Below, one piece after another: positions 18,442 to 30,778 of a DNA stretch of 64,000 bases. Each line of letters begins with the position of its first letter. The stretch's first letter is position 1. The position numbers were made by a program, and so were the translations under genes. The notes below the pieces were generated by a model that did no database searches, had not been told where the DNA came from, and saw only the letters and a program-made list of their open reading frames with translations. The stretch is taken from positions 8,413 to 72,412 of the forward strand of contig CAZNGS010000009.1 in the NCBI GenBank assembly GCA_964572825.1, read 5' to 3'. Source of the DNA: an uncultured candidatus Brocadiaceae bacterium (GTDB taxonomy: Bacteria; Planctomycetota; Brocadiia; SM23-32).

Positions 18442-19386
18442 ATGCGCCCCAGCGCGCAAGGAGAGAGCCGCTTGCTGGACCCGAGTAAAGTCAAGACCTA
18501 TCCCATCGCCGAGCGCCACAACCTGGTGACGCTGGACGATTTTCTCGACCCCGAGCGCACCCGTGCCGAGTGGGGCGACGAGGATTTCGAGCGCCTGTGC
18601 GGGCACGTGCACCGGGCCGCCGCGAGGGGCGGGACGGTGCTGATGCAGTTCGGCGCGCACGTGATTAAGTGCGGTCTGGGGCTGGTGGTGCGGGACCTGA
18701 TGCGGCGGGGCTTCATCCGCCACGTGGCCATGAACGGGGCGTGTGCGGTGCACGACTTCGAGATCGCCCTGATCGGAGAGACCAGCGAGGACGTGGCGCA
18801 GGGCATCGAGGACGGCTCCTTCGGGATGGCCGAGGAGACCGGACGCTTCATCAACGAAACGGTCAACGCCACCTCCGAAGGCTTCGGCGCCGCGCTGGGA
18901 CGCCGCATCAGCGAAGATAACCTGCCGCACCGCGACCACAGTGTCCTGTGCGGCGCCTTCCAGATGGGCGTCCGCGCCACGCTGCACGTGGCGATCGGCA
19001 CGGACATCGTCCACCAGCATCCAACCTTCGACGGGGCCAGCACGGGCGCCGCCGCGCACCGGGATTTCAGGCTCTACTGCGACACCGTCTCGGGCATGAG
19101 CGGGGGGGTGCTGCTGAACTTCGGCTCCGCCGTGATCATGCCGGAGGTATTCCTGAAGGCGCTGAGCATCAGCCGCAACCTGGGCCACCCGGTGGCGCCG
19201 CTCTACACCGCCTCTTTCGACATCCGCCGGGACATCGAGGACTACTATTTCCGGCCCTGCAAGAACGTGGTGCGGCGGCCCACTTCCAGGGGCGGGGAGG
19301 GATTCAACTTCCGCGCGGACCACCGCCAGAGCATACCGGCGCTGCACCGCCGGCTGATCCAGCTTTCGGAAGGGGAGAGCCGGTGA
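18442..19386 (+). CDS. deoxyhypusine synthase-like family protein (tentative)
   Basis: Segments [27 protein letters not shown] and [14 protein letters not shown] resemble the DHS-fold motifs TTAGGVEEDLIK, SPALTDGSLGDMIFF and GMIILGGGVVKHH. Confidence 0.4.
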   Translation: MRPSAQGESRLLDPSKVKTYPIAERHNLVTLDDFLDPERTRAEWGDEDFERLCGHVHRAAARGGTVLMQFGAHVIKCGLGLVVRDLMRRGFIRHVAMNGACAVHDFEIALIGETSEDVAQGIEDGSFGMAEETGRFINETVNATSEGFGAALGRRISEDNLPHRDHSVLCGAFQMGVRATLHVAIGTDIVHQHPTFDGASTGAAAHRDFRLYCDTVSGMSGGVLLNFGSAVIMPEVFLKALSISRNLGHPVAPLYTASFDIRRDIEDYYFRPCKNVVRRPTSRGGEGFNFRADHRQSIPALHRRLIQLSEGESR

Positions 19387-19832
19387 GGGCGGTCGTACAG
19401 CGCGTCTCGGAGGCGTCAGTCCGCGTGGACGGCCGGCTGCTGGCACGCATCGGCGCCGGGCTGGTGGTGCTGCTGGGCATGGGCGAAGAAGACCACGAAG
19501 AGCACGCCGCCTACATGGCCGGCAAGATAGCCGGCCTGCGGGTCTTCGAAGACGACGAGGGCCGGATGAACCTGTCCGTCGGCGAGGTGGGCGGCGCGTT
19601 GCTGATCGTGCCGCAGTTCACCCTCTACGGCGACTGCCGCAAGGGACGGCGTCCGTCGTTCAGCCACGCCGCGCCGCCGGACCGCGCGGAGCGGCTTTAC
19701 GAGCTTGTGGTCGAGCGCCTGCGCGGGCGGGGCCTGGAGGTCCAGACGGGCAGTTTCGGGGCGGAGATGGCCGTCTCCCTGGTCAACGAAGGGCCGGTGA
19801 CGCTTTTGCTGGACAGCGCGCGGCAGTTCTGA
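19383..19832 (+). CDS. dtd: D-aminoacyl-tRNA deacylase
   Basis: [40 protein letters not shown]...NEGPVT is a Dtd signature. The GTG start overlaps the upstream stop as GTGA. The product is about 149 aa. Confidence 0.85.
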   Translation: MRAVVQRVSEASVRVDGRLLARIGAGLVVLLGMGEEDHEEHAAYMAGKIAGLRVFEDDEGRMNLSVGEVGGALLIVPQFTLYGDCRKGRRPSFSHAAPPDRAERLYELVVERLRGRGLEVQTGSFGAEMAVSLVNEGPVTLLLDSARQF

Positions 19833-19858
19833 GCAATCCTCCGTCGGGAGCAGCGAAA

Positions 19859-20533
19859 ATGAGAGCGGTTGTGGCAGCGGTCTTGACCGGATTGATCCTC
19901 AGCCTGGCGGGGTGTGCCGTCGGCGGTGAGTTGCATCGCGATCCCGCCGCAGCCGCTGACCAGGAGCCGGCGGGGCACTGGCACCTCACCGATATCGGCG
20001 GAGCGCCTCCCGCCCTGAGCGCCTCCGCGCCAGCGGCGCCGCATCGGCCGCGCCTGCGCCCTCCGCGAGTTCAAGGGCGCCTGGACGTGCCGCTGAAGCG
20101 GCGGTGGGATTACATCATTCTGCATCACAGCGCGGACGAGGTGGGCAGCGCGGAGGCCTTCGATCAGTATCACCGCAGGCACAACGGCTGGCTGGGGGTG
20201 GGCTACGATTTCGTGATCGGCAACGGACACGGCGCCCCCGACGGCCTGGTGCAGGTGACCTTCCGGTGGGAGAAGCAGATCCAGGGCGCCCACGCCGGCC
20301 ACGATCTGTACAATCAGCACGGCGTCGGCATCTGCCTGGTGGGGGACTTCGAGCACGGCTACCCCACCCGGAAACAGATGGAGGCGCTGGTGGGGCTGGT
20401 CAACTACCTGCAGGAGCGATGCCACATCCCCACCGACCACATCCTGGGACACTGCCACGTGCGCCCGGGCGGAACGAAGTGCCCCGGCAGGAACTTCCGC
20501 TGGTACGAGCTGTTCGCCCGCCTGCAGCACTGA
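19859..20533 (+). CDS. N-acetylmuramoyl-L-alanine amidase (Amidase_2 / PGRP / AmpD-like) lipoprotein
   Basis: A signal peptide with a LAGC lipobox is present. The amidase_2 zinc-ligand region reads WDYIILHHSAD...HAGH...GHCHVRPGGTKCPG. Confidence 0.75.
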   Translation: MRAVVAAVLTGLILSLAGCAVGGELHRDPAAAADQEPAGHWHLTDIGGAPPALSASAPAAPHRPRLRPPRVQGRLDVPLKRRWDYIILHHSADEVGSAEAFDQYHRRHNGWLGVGYDFVIGNGHGAPDGLVQVTFRWEKQIQGAHAGHDLYNQHGVGICLVGDFEHGYPTRKQMEALVGLVNYLQERCHIPTDHILGHCHVRPGGTKCPGRNFRWYELFARLQH

Positions 20534-20574
20534 CGCATCCCTTTGGGCAGGTGATCTTCCCCGCCGGCACGCCC

Positions 20575-21780
20575 TCAGGGCGCGTACCGCTGCAGCGCGG
20601 CGGCGAACTCCCGCGCAGTGGCAAACCGGTCCCGCGGCGCTTTTTCGGTGGCCCTGCGGATCACGTCCGCCACGGGGTCCGGGATGAGGGGAGAGGGCTC
20701 GCGGGGGTCCAGCAGCGGCTCGTAGAGATGCTGATACATCAGCGCCAGGTGGGTTCGGTCCCCGTAGGGCAGCCTGCCCAGCAGGGCGTAGTAGAGCACC
20801 AGCCCCATGGCGTAGAGATCGGTGGCGGGGCTGAGCGCTTCGCCTCGCCACTGCTCCGGAGCCATAAAATGGGGCGAACCCATGAGCCTGCCGGTGGTGG
20901 TCAGGCTGGTGGTCTCCTCCAGGAGGCGCGAGACGCCGAAGTCGGTCAACCGCGCTGCCCCGTCCTCGTGGATCAGGATATTGCCCGGCTTCACGTCGCC
21001 GTGCACGATCTTCCGTCCGTGTACCTCCTGCAAGGCGTCGAGCGTCTCCGCGCACAATCGACAGGCCTCCCCGGCGCGCAGGGGACCCCGCCGGCGGACC
21101 GTCTCGTGAAGGGAGACCCCCGGCACCAGCTCCATCTCGATGTAGGGAATGCCCTCGGCCACCCCCATGTCGAAGACGCGCACGATGTTGGGATGGGTGA
21201 TCGAGGTGGCCACGGCCGCCTCGCGGCGCAGCCGTTGGAAGGACCTGGCGGCGGGCTCCAGGGGCTGGAAATCGAGGAGTTTGAGCGCAATCACGCGGGC
21301 GCTGCGCACGTTCCGCGCCCTGTAGACCTTCCCCGCTCCCCCTTTGCCCAGCAGCTCCAGCAATTCGAAATGGGCGAATCGCCGCCCCGGCGGCGCCAGC
21401 TCGAAGGCCGCCACCGATTCCGCGGCGCGCGGCCGGTCCGCCCACCGGTGACCCAGCAGGAAGGCGCTCCGGCCCTTTATTATGGCTTCGCCACACAGGG
21501 GACAGTAGGCGTCGGGATGGATGCGTTCCGAGCGCACGCGGAATCTCCCCCCGCAACCGGGACAGTGGACGGGCAGGTAGTCCGGCCCCAGGGCCAGCAG
21601 CGCCGCCTGCCCGGCCACCCGCGGATGGGCGGCCAGCACCTTTTCCTCCAGGGCCACCAGGTCATCCGGTGCCTCGCCGCAGGCGATGGCGCGCAGATGC
21701 CCGGCCAGCTCACCAGAGGTGAGAATCTCCTCATCCAGCAATCGCAGCCCGAACAGGAGGGCATCCGCCGAGACGCTCAT
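20575..21780 (-). CDS. Hanks-type Ser/Thr protein kinase with an N-terminal zinc-ribbon
   Basis: LGKGGAGKVYRA, HGDVKPGNIL, DFG and APE kinase motifs are present. The N-terminus has CPGCGG...CPLCGE. Confidence 0.8.
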   Translation of the reverse strand: MSVSADALLFGLRLLDEEILTSGELAGHLRAIACGEAPDDLVALEEKVLAAHPRVAGQAALLALGPDYLPVHCPGCGGRFRVRSERIHPDAYCPLCGEAIIKGRSAFLLGHRWADRPRAAESVAAFELAPPGRRFAHFELLELLGKGGAGKVYRARNVRSARVIALKLLDFQPLEPAARSFQRLRREAAVATSITHPNIVRVFDMGVAEGIPYIEMELVPGVSLHETVRRRGPLRAGEACRLCAETLDALQEVHGRKIVHGDVKPGNILIHEDGAARLTDFGVSRLLEETTSLTTTGRLMGSPHFMAPEQWRGEALSPATDLYAMGLVLYYALLGRLPYGDRTHLALMYQHLYEPLLDPREPSPLIPDPVADVIRRATEKAPRDRFATAREFAAALQRYAP

Positions 21781-21810
21781 CGCAGGCTCCGCAGTGGCAG
21801 CACGGGGGAT

Positions 21811-23877
<2,067 letters not shown>

Positions 23878-24591
23878 TCAGTCCGCTTCGCCGGCCACCT
23901 CGTCGAAAAACCGGCGCAGGTCCACCGTGCAGGGCTCGCAGAATGGACCGTGCCGGATGCGGTCTTCGGTGAGCCGGTCCCAGTCTTCCGGCGCCTCATG
24001 GGCGGGCCTCAGTATGCACGTGTTCGAGCAGTAGCGCTCGTCGCCTTCCAGCGTCACGTCGTCCCGGCGCATGTCCGGCAGGCCGAACATGAAACACAAC
24101 TGGCGCATCACCTCGGTCTTCAGGTAGCTGTAGGGCAGGCCCCAGATGTGATCGATCCGGTGGGTGCTGACCACGGCGGCCGTCAGTTGCTGGGCCCGCC
24201 CGACCAGGTACTGCTCTCCGCCCTCCTCGCCGTTGTTGCCGCCGGGCCGGAACATGTCCTCTTCCATGATGAACAGGTCGTAGTGGTCCCCCAGGAGGTC
24301 TTCGTTTCGCCAGGGCTCACTGGCAAAGGACTGAAGGATGCGATCGCAGTCAACCTGGAGCCTTTTCTCGTCCAGCGCGTCGTAGACGTACCAGTCGATG
24401 CTGCGGAAGGGGACCAGTTCGTCGTCCTCGTCGCGCCATTTGCGGTCCCGGTAGTGGCGGTAGTCGTGGATGGGCGGGGGCGTGCGGCACTTGCCGATGC
24501 TCAGCACCTCCTTGATGCCGTCGAAGATGGCCACCTTCTCGGGCCAGAAGCCCTTGTTATTGAACAGGTTGAGGGGTTTGTACTTCTTCAT
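23878..24591 (-). CDS. hypothetical protein with an HxxxH...CxxxC...CxxC metal-binding-like motif
   Basis: The real start is the ATG at 24591 (MKKYKPLNLFNNKGFWPEK...). The 414 aa ORF-track version is a Pro/Gly/Arg-rich extension overlapping the nitroreductase gene. THRIDHIWGL...CSNTC...CEPC is present. Confidence 0.5.
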   Translation of the reverse strand: MKKYKPLNLFNNKGFWPEKVAIFDGIKEVLSIGKCRTPPPIHDYRHYRDRKWRDEDDELVPFRSIDWYVYDALDEKRLQVDCDRILQSFASEPWRNEDLLGDHYDLFIMEEDMFRPGGNNGEEGGEQYLVGRAQQLTAAVVSTHRIDHIWGLPYSYLKTEVMRQLCFMFGLPDMRRDDVTLEGDERYCSNTCILRPAHEAPEDWDRLTEDRIRHGPFCEPCTVDLRRFFDEVAGEAD

Positions 24592-25091
24592 CGGTACTGC
24601 ACAATCTCCTCCAGAGGCTTGCGCGGCGTGGGCGCAGGCTCCTCGGCGGGATAGCCCAGCGGCGTCATGGCCACCGGCTCCAGCTCCGGGGGGATATCCA
24701 GGATCTCTCGCGTCTTTTCCGGCTTGAATGCGCCTATCCAGCAGGTCCCCAGCCCCTCGGCGGTGGCGGCCAGCACCAGGTGCTCCACGGCGATGGCCAG
24801 GTCCACGTCGGCGTAGCTCTTCCCGTCCCGGCGGTGCCACGCCTCCCTGGGCCGGTGGCAGGCGCACACGATGACGGGCGCCGCCGCGAACCAGTCCTGC
24901 GAATACGCCTCCAGCAGGCGCCGCCGGGTCGGTGCATCGCGGATGACGTAGAAGTAAACCGGCTGGCGGTTGGCGGCGCTGGGGGCCATTCGAGCGGCCT
25001 GCAGCACCCGCTGGAGTTTCTCCTTTTCCACCGGCTTCTCTCGGTAGGCCCGCACGCTGCGGCGTTGCGTCACGACATCGTAGAAATCCAT
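24588..25091 (-). CDS. nitroreductase family protein
   Basis: MDFYDVVTQRRSVRAYREKPV...APSAANRQP is a nitroreductase signature. The stop overlaps the downstream start as ATGA. Confidence 0.75.
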   Translation of the reverse strand: MDFYDVVTQRRSVRAYREKPVEKEKLQRVLQAARMAPSAANRQPVYFYVIRDAPTRRRLLEAYSQDWFAAAPVIVCACHRPREAWHRRDGKSYADVDLAIAVEHLVLAATAEGLGTCWIGAFKPEKTREILDIPPELEPVAMTPLGYPAEEPAPTPRKPLEEIVQYR

Positions 25092-25331
25092 GACCGTCCT
25101 CCCCGCTGATAGTCACGTACATTATTCACCACCTTCTGCCCGTTTGCAAGCAGGTGGCGGCTGTGCCGCATGCTTGCTCGGTAGCAGAATGCACCCATGC
25201 CCGGGGGACCGCCGGGGCTTGCGAATGCCTCCGGCCCCGCCCCGGTGTGCTGGCTTTGCGGGTTGCCGCTGCACTATAATGCGCACGGACGTCGCGGGCA
25301 GGGATCGTCTCCGGACGGGGGGCAACAGGCG

Positions 25332-26906
25332 ATGGAGGAGTCAGCCAGGCAGGCCGGTCGCGTCGGGCGGGGCCGGGGAGAGCAGTTCTCCCCCCGGGCC
25401 TACGGGGCGATACTGGAGCATCTCACGGAGGCGACGGGGGTCGAGCTGACCTTCCAGGAGCAACCGGAGGCAGATGAAAGGCCCGGCGTCTGCGCCCCGG
25501 TCTACAGCCGGGGGCGGGACACCGGCTGGGTGGTCACCGCGCCGAACGGTTCGAGCGAGGGGACCGGCGCGGTGGTGCGCGCCGCGGCCCAACTGGTCGG
25601 CCGCATCCTGCGCGCTGACCAGGACAGGGCCGACCTGGAGGCGGAACTGGCCGACCGGGCACGGGAGACGGATTTCCTCTACGAAATGGGCCACCAGGTC
25701 AGCGCGCTCAACGACGAGGACGAGATATGCCGATTCGTGGCCCGGGAGGCATCCCGTCGGCTGCAGTGTGACCGGGCCTCGGTCATGGTGGTGGGCCCCC
25801 GGTCCGGAGAGCTGACCATCCGGGCCGCGCTGGGTCTGCGGGAGGAGATATCCGAGAGCGTGTCGGTGCGGCCCGGCGAGGGCATAAGCGGCCGCGTGTT
25901 CGAGAGCGGCCGGCCGGTGATCGTGAACGAGGGGGACCCCATGCCGTCGGACTCCATAGGCACGCGGGAGCTGCGGGACTCCAACTGCTTCCTGTCCGTT
26001 CCCCTGAAGGCCGCCCTCGGACCGGGGGGCGAGGAGGAGGTGCTGGGCGTGATCAACCTCACCCGCAAGCGGGGCGGCGAAGCGTTCACCCCCGGCGACC
26101 TGAAGCTGGTCAGCACGGTGGCGGTGACGACCGCCGCCAAGATCCACAACTGCCGACTGCTGGTGGCCGAGCAGCAGCGCCAGCGTCTGGAACACGAGAT
26201 GGAGCTGGCGGCCCGCATCCAGACGCGGCTTCTTCCCGAGGCGCCCCTGGCCGTGGGGCGCGTGCGCGCGGCGGGCTGCTCCCGGCCCGCCAAGCACGTC
26301 GGCGGGGACCTGTTCGACTACTGGACCTGCGGCAGCCGGGCCTGCTTCGTGGTGGCAGACGTTTCGGGCCACGACCTGGGAGCTTCCCTGATGGCCGCCT
26401 CCATGCGGAGCGTCGTGCGCAGCGAAGCAGCCCGCGCGGCCTCGGTCCAGCAGTTGATGGCGCAGGTCAACCGGGTCCTTTACAACGACCTGGCGCGGGC
26501 GGAGCTGTTCGTCACCGCGTTTTACGGCGAGATCGATCTGGAGGGCGAACAGTTCACCTTCTGCCGGGCCGGCCATCCGCTGCCGCTCTACGTGGGCTCC
26601 GCCGGGAGGCAGTGGCTGGACACCGAGGGGATGCTGTTCGGGCTGACCACGCAGGGGGGCTACGAGGAGAAGTCCGTCCGCTTGAGCCCGGGCGACACCG
26701 TGGTGCTGTATACGGACGGTTTGATGGAAGCCACCGACCCGGGGGGGCGTCAGTTCGGAAGGGAAGGACTCAAGGATGCCGTGGTAACCGCCCTCGACGC
26801 GCCGCCGGCCGAACTGGCCGGGGAAGTGGTGGACGCCGCCACCCGACATCTGGGGGAGCGCCCGGTCACCGACGACATGACCACGCTGGTGGTGCGCTAC
26901 GGGTAG
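25332..26906 (+). CDS. GAF-domain PP2C-family (RsbU/SpoIIE-like) serine phosphatase
   Basis: A GAF-like region sits upstream of a PP2C domain (KHVGGDLFDY, ADVSGHD, VLYTDGL). The start is at the ATG 25332 (MEESARQAG). Confidence 0.75.
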   Translation: MEESARQAGRVGRGRGEQFSPRAYGAILEHLTEATGVELTFQEQPEADERPGVCAPVYSRGRDTGWVVTAPNGSSEGTGAVVRAAAQLVGRILRADQDRADLEAELADRARETDFLYEMGHQVSALNDEDEICRFVAREASRRLQCDRASVMVVGPRSGELTIRAALGLREEISESVSVRPGEGISGRVFESGRPVIVNEGDPMPSDSIGTRELRDSNCFLSVPLKAALGPGGEEEVLGVINLTRKRGGEAFTPGDLKLVSTVAVTTAAKIHNCRLLVAEQQRQRLEHEMELAARIQTRLLPEAPLAVGRVRAAGCSRPAKHVGGDLFDYWTCGSRACFVVADVSGHDLGASLMAASMRSVVRSEAARAASVQQLMAQVNRVLYNDLARAELFVTAFYGEIDLEGEQFTFCRAGHPLPLYVGSAGRQWLDTEGMLFGLTTQGGYEEKSVRLSPGDTVVLYTDGLMEATDPGGRQFGREGLKDAVVTALDAPPAELAGEVVDAATRHLGERPVTDDMTTLVVRYG

Positions 26907-27007
26907 GAGGCTGTCCTAAAACCCCGCACGCGTGTCCCAATGCCAGGTTGCGGACGCTTTGCGCCGACAGGACCGCCACCGGATTGCGAGACAGTCTCTA
27001 CTGGGCA

Positions 27008-30000
27008 TCAGCCCGCTTTCGGGCGGCGCTCCGGTTCCTCGGCCAGAGCCTCATCCACGTCCTCGAAGCGCACCGACATCTTCTGGGTCACTCCGTCGGC
27101 CATGGTCACCCCGTAGAGGACCTGCGCCACACCCATGGTCAGCTTGTTGTGGGTGACGATGATGAACTGCGTGTCCCGGCGGAACTCCTCCAGCAGCCTC
27201 AGGAAGCGCTCCACGTTGCTGTCGTCCAGAGGCGCGTCCACCTCGTCCAGCACGCAGAAGGGGCTGGGCTTGGTCTGGAAAATGGCGAACAGCAGGGCGA
27301 TGGTGGTGAGCGCCTTTTCGCCGCCGCTCAGCAGCGTGATGGAGTTCATCTCTTTGCCCGGGGGGCGCGCCACGATGTCGATGCCCGCCTCCAGGATGTC
27401 CTCCGCCTCCTCGTCCAGCCGCAGGTCGGCCGTGCCGCCGCCGAACAGCTTGCGGAACAGGGCCTGGAAGTTATCGCGAACCGCCTGGAACGTCTCCGCG
27501 AAACGCTCCCGGCTCTTCTTGTTCAATTCACGTATGATCTCTCGTTCGTGGCGGCGGGCCTTCTCCAGGTCTTCCTTCTGGTCAGTGAGGAACTGAAGAC
27601 GCACCTCCAGCTCCTCCTGCTGGCGGATGGCCGCCACGTTCACGTTGCCGATGCGGTCCACCTTGGCCTTCAGCGTGGCGATCCGCTTCTTGACTTCCTC
27701 CCAATCCGTGGACTCCTCGTCGGCCAGTTCCAGGACCGCGTTGCGCAGTTCGACCGCCTCATCGAGACCGATCAGCTCGACCTCGTCGTTTTGCCCGGGA
27801 CTCTCCTCGTCAGCCTCTCGGTACCAGTCGGCAACCTGTTCGGTCGGCGGCGGGTCGTCGGCCCACTCCCGGATCTGCCGGGTCAGGAACGGAGGGGATT
27901 CCCTCCACTGCTCCGGCTCCAGCGCCAGGCGCTGCAGGCGCACCCCGTAGTCCTCGGCGGCTCGTTCCAGCAGGTCTTCCATCTTGACCTTCAGCTCGTT
28001 CTGCTTCACGCGCAGCCGCTGGATGTTCTCCTCTGCCTCTTCGCGACGGGCCGCCAGGGACTCTGACCGGGCCGTCAGGTCGGATATCCGCTGCTGCAAT
28101 TCACGGATGGCACCGGCCATGTCCTCCAGGGCCTGGTTTAGCCGTGCCTTCTCCTCGCGGCGCTGTTCGATCTCCTGCCGGGCGGCGGCCTCGGCATCCT
28201 CAGCTTTGCTGCGGCGCCGGGCGACCACGGCGTCCTCCTCGTCCAGTCCCTCCAGGCGCCGGCGCGCGGCCCGAAGGTCCCTCTCCAGCCGGTCCAGCAG
28301 GTCCTTCAGGCCGTGGTGGTGCTCCCGGGTCCGGGCCACCTCGCTGTTGAGGGAGCTGACCTGCTGCCCGGTCTCCTGTTCGCGCTCCCTGAGGTCGGCC
28401 AGGGACTGCTGCTCCTCGCGGACGCTCTGTTCCGCGGCGGCGCGTTCGCGGCCGGCCGCCTCCGATTCCTTCTCCAGGACGGCCGTCTGCCGGTCCAGCT
28501 CTTCGATATCTTCCCGGCAGCCCGTCTCCTCGGCGTCGGCGATCTGAAGCTCTTCTTCAAGCTGTTCCACCCGGCGCTCGGCGACGGCCAGGTGGCTGCG
28601 GGCGTCGCCGGCGCTGTCGTGCACGACCTGGATGCGAGACGCCAGGTCCTCCTTCTGGCCGTTCAGCTCCCGTAATTGTCGCGCCTGCTCCTCCTTCTGG
28701 CGCCGCAGTTCGGCCAGGGACTGCTCCAGCTCCCGGATGGAGGATTCGAGCCGGGCCAGTTCGCTGCGCCGGCTCACCAGTCCGGTCTTTTCGGCGGCGC
28801 CGCCGGTCCAGAGGCCGTCGCCGCCGTAGCACTGGCCGCACTCTGTGACCAGGCGCACGCGGTCGGGCAGCCCCTCCCCCAGCATATCCCGGGCCGAGGC
28901 GGGCTCGTCCACCAGGAAGGTGTCACCCAGCAGCCGCTCCACGGCGGGGCGGGCGGCCGCGTCGCACTCGATCAGCTCGCTCAGTCTGCCAAGGCACGGC
29001 GCGGAGCGGGGAGGCTCGGACGGGGTTGCCGGGGGCAGGCAATCGAGAACGATCAGTTCGGCGCGGCCTTTCTGCTCCTCCCCCAGCCGTCGCAGCGCAG
29101 CGTGCGCGCTCTCGGAATCGCGGAACACCAGGGCCTGTGCGTGCTGGCCCAGCGCCGCCTCCACGGCCGGCGCCATCTCCAGGGGCACATCCACAAGGCG
29201 GGCCAGCAGTCCGACCAGGCCGGGCGGCCGGGCTTGCAGCAGGTACTTCACGCCGGATCGCAGCCCCTCGGCACGCTGCTCCAGGTCCAGCAGCACTTCT
29301 CGCCTGGCGTTCTTGCCGCTCAGTTCGCCGCGGACCTGGTTGACCTTATCGCACAGTTGCTCGTGCCGGTGCGCGGCGTCACTCACGCGCTGCCGGAGCT
29401 CGGACATCTGCCGCGCCAGTTCCTCCTGCTCCGACCGCAGGGCCTCCCGGCGGGCGGCGGCTTCCTCACGCTCCTCCCGGGCCGATTTCAGGCCCTTCCG
29501 GAGCTCGCCGCGGCGGTTCTCGATGCGTTCCAGCCGACTGAGCAGGGTCCTCTTCTCGGCGGCGGCGACTTCAAGCTGGTTGCCGAGCCGGGATTCGCGC
29601 TCGAACAGATCGAAGGTTTTGGCCTTCCGGGTTTCCACCTTCTCTTCCACGCGCCGGATTTCCTGCCGCGTGCTCTGCGCCTCGGCGCGTTTCGCCTCCA
29701 GGCGCTCGGAGATGTCGGCGAGCTCCGCCGCGCTCTGGTCCACCTGTCCGCGGACGTCCTCGATCTCCTGGTCCAGCCCTGCGGCGCGCTCCCGGAGCTG
29801 GCGCCGCCGCGCCTGCAGATCCTCGCTCTGCTCTTCCAGTTCGCGGTGTCTCTGCTGGCTGAGCTGTATCTCGCGTTCCAGGCTCTCCAGGCGGGCGTCA
29901 ACGCGGGTGAGGCGCTGTCGGCGCTCGCTCAGTTCGTCACGGGCCGTCTGCAGTTCGTCGCGGGCCGATTCCAGCGCCTCCGCGGCGCAGCGGGCCGCGT

Positions 30001-30778
30001 CGTCCCGACGGGATTTCTCCGCCAGCGCTCCTCGAAGGCTGTCGGCCACGTCCTCCTGCCGGGACAGCAGCTCCCGGTGAACGTGGAGGCTGAGGGCCAG
30101 GCGCAGTTTCTGGAGCTGCTCGGTCTGGCGCTTGAACGTGCGGGCGCGGCCGGCCTGGTACTTGACGCTGCGAAGCTGGCGTTCGACCTCCTCGATGATA
30201 TCGCTGACGCGGGCCAGGTTGTTGGTGACCCTCTCGAGCTTGCGCTCGGCCTCGCGTTTCTGGTCGAGGAAGCGGTTGATGCCGGCGGCCTCCTCGAAGA
30301 CGGCGCGCCGCTCGGCGGGGTTGGCGCGAAGGAGTTCGTCGATCTGGCCCTGCTCGATAAAGCTATAGGAGGATGTCCCGATCCCGGTGTCGAGCAGGAT
30401 GGTCCGGATGTCCTTGAGGCGGCATTGCTGGCCGTTCAGGTAATACGTGCTCTGGCCGGAGCGGTCCACCCGGCGGCGGATGGCGACCTCGTCGTAGTCC
30501 ACGTCCAGCCATCCGTCCGAGTTGTCGATGGTGAGCGTGACTTCGGCGTAGTTGAGAGGTTTGCGCGACTCGCTGCCCCCGAAGATGATGTTGGCCATCT
30601 CGGAGCCGCGCAGCTTGCGGGCGCTGCGCTCACCCAGCACCCACTTGAGGGCATCGGCCACGTTGCTCTTGCCGGAACCGTTGGGGCCGACCAGTGCGGA
30701 AAGGCTGTCCTCGAACTCGAAGACCGTACGCTCGGCGAAAGACTTGAAACCGTACAGTTCGAGTTTCTTCAGGTTCAA
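27008..30778 (-). CDS. smc: chromosome segregation protein SMC
   Basis: MNLKKLELYGFKSFAERTVFEF...GPNGSGKSN is a Walker A. Long coiled coils, a hinge and a C-terminal LSGGEKALT...DEVDAPLD signature are present. The product is 1256 aa. Confidence 0.9.
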   Translation of the reverse strand: MNLKKLELYGFKSFAERTVFEFEDSLSALVGPNGSGKSNVADALKWVLGERSARKLRGSEMANIIFGGSESRKPLNYAEVTLTIDNSDGWLDVDYDEVAIRRRVDRSGQSTYYLNGQQCRLKDIRTILLDTGIGTSSYSFIEQGQIDELLRANPAERRAVFEEAAGINRFLDQKREAERKLERVTNNLARVSDIIEEVERQLRSVKYQAGRARTFKRQTEQLQKLRLALSLHVHRELLSRQEDVADSLRGALAEKSRRDDAARCAAEALESARDELQTARDELSERRQRLTRVDARLESLEREIQLSQQRHRELEEQSEDLQARRRQLRERAAGLDQEIEDVRGQVDQSAAELADISERLEAKRAEAQSTRQEIRRVEEKVETRKAKTFDLFERESRLGNQLEVAAAEKRTLLSRLERIENRRGELRKGLKSAREEREEAAARREALRSEQEELARQMSELRQRVSDAAHRHEQLCDKVNQVRGELSGKNARREVLLDLEQRAEGLRSGVKYLLQARPPGLVGLLARLVDVPLEMAPAVEAALGQHAQALVFRDSESAHAALRRLGEEQKGRAELIVLDCLPPATPSEPPRSAPCLGRLSELIECDAAARPAVERLLGDTFLVDEPASARDMLGEGLPDRVRLVTECGQCYGGDGLWTGGAAEKTGLVSRRSELARLESSIRELEQSLAELRRQKEEQARQLRELNGQKEDLASRIQVVHDSAGDARSHLAVAERRVEQLEEELQIADAEETGCREDIEELDRQTAVLEKESEAAGRERAAAEQSVREEQQSLADLREREQETGQQVSSLNSEVARTREHHHGLKDLLDRLERDLRAARRRLEGLDEEDAVVARRRSKAEDAEAAARQEIEQRREEKARLNQALEDMAGAIRELQQRISDLTARSESLAARREEAEENIQRLRVKQNELKVKMEDLLERAAEDYGVRLQRLALEPEQWRESPPFLTRQIREWADDPPPTEQVADWYREADEESPGQNDEVELIGLDEAVELRNAVLELADEESTDWEEVKKRIATLKAKVDRIGNVNVAAIRQQEELEVRLQFLTDQKEDLEKARRHEREIIRELNKKSRERFAETFQAVRDNFQALFRKLFGGGTADLRLDEEAEDILEAGIDIVARPPGKEMNSITLLSGGEKALTTIALLFAIFQTKPSPFCVLDEVDAPLDDSNVERFLRLLEEFRRDTQFIIVTHNKLTMGVAQVLYGVTMADGVTQKMSVRFEDVDEALAEEPERRPKAG

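Noticed and set aside
16726-19446. The 906-aa minus-strand ORF, and similar long ORFs at 6914..9118(+), 14130..16733(+), 19697..21556(-), 20104..22071(+), 22780..24654(+), 25341..26849(-), 26612..28066(+), 28676..30808(+), 35864..38446(+), 39847..41748(+), 41925..43745(+), 44568..45983(+), 47354..49585(+), 52150..55041(-), 58823..61021(-) and 61312..63939(-)
   Set aside because: All lie antisense or out of frame to genes with clear homology. Their translations are low-complexity and Arg/Pro/Gly-rich. This is typical of stop-codon-poor frames in a GC-rich genome.
24592-25122. 177-aa N-terminal extension of ORF 23878..25122
   Set aside because: It is a Pro/Gly/Arg low-complexity translation that overlaps the nitroreductase gene in another frame. 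The real start is the ATG at 24591, with ATGA coupling.
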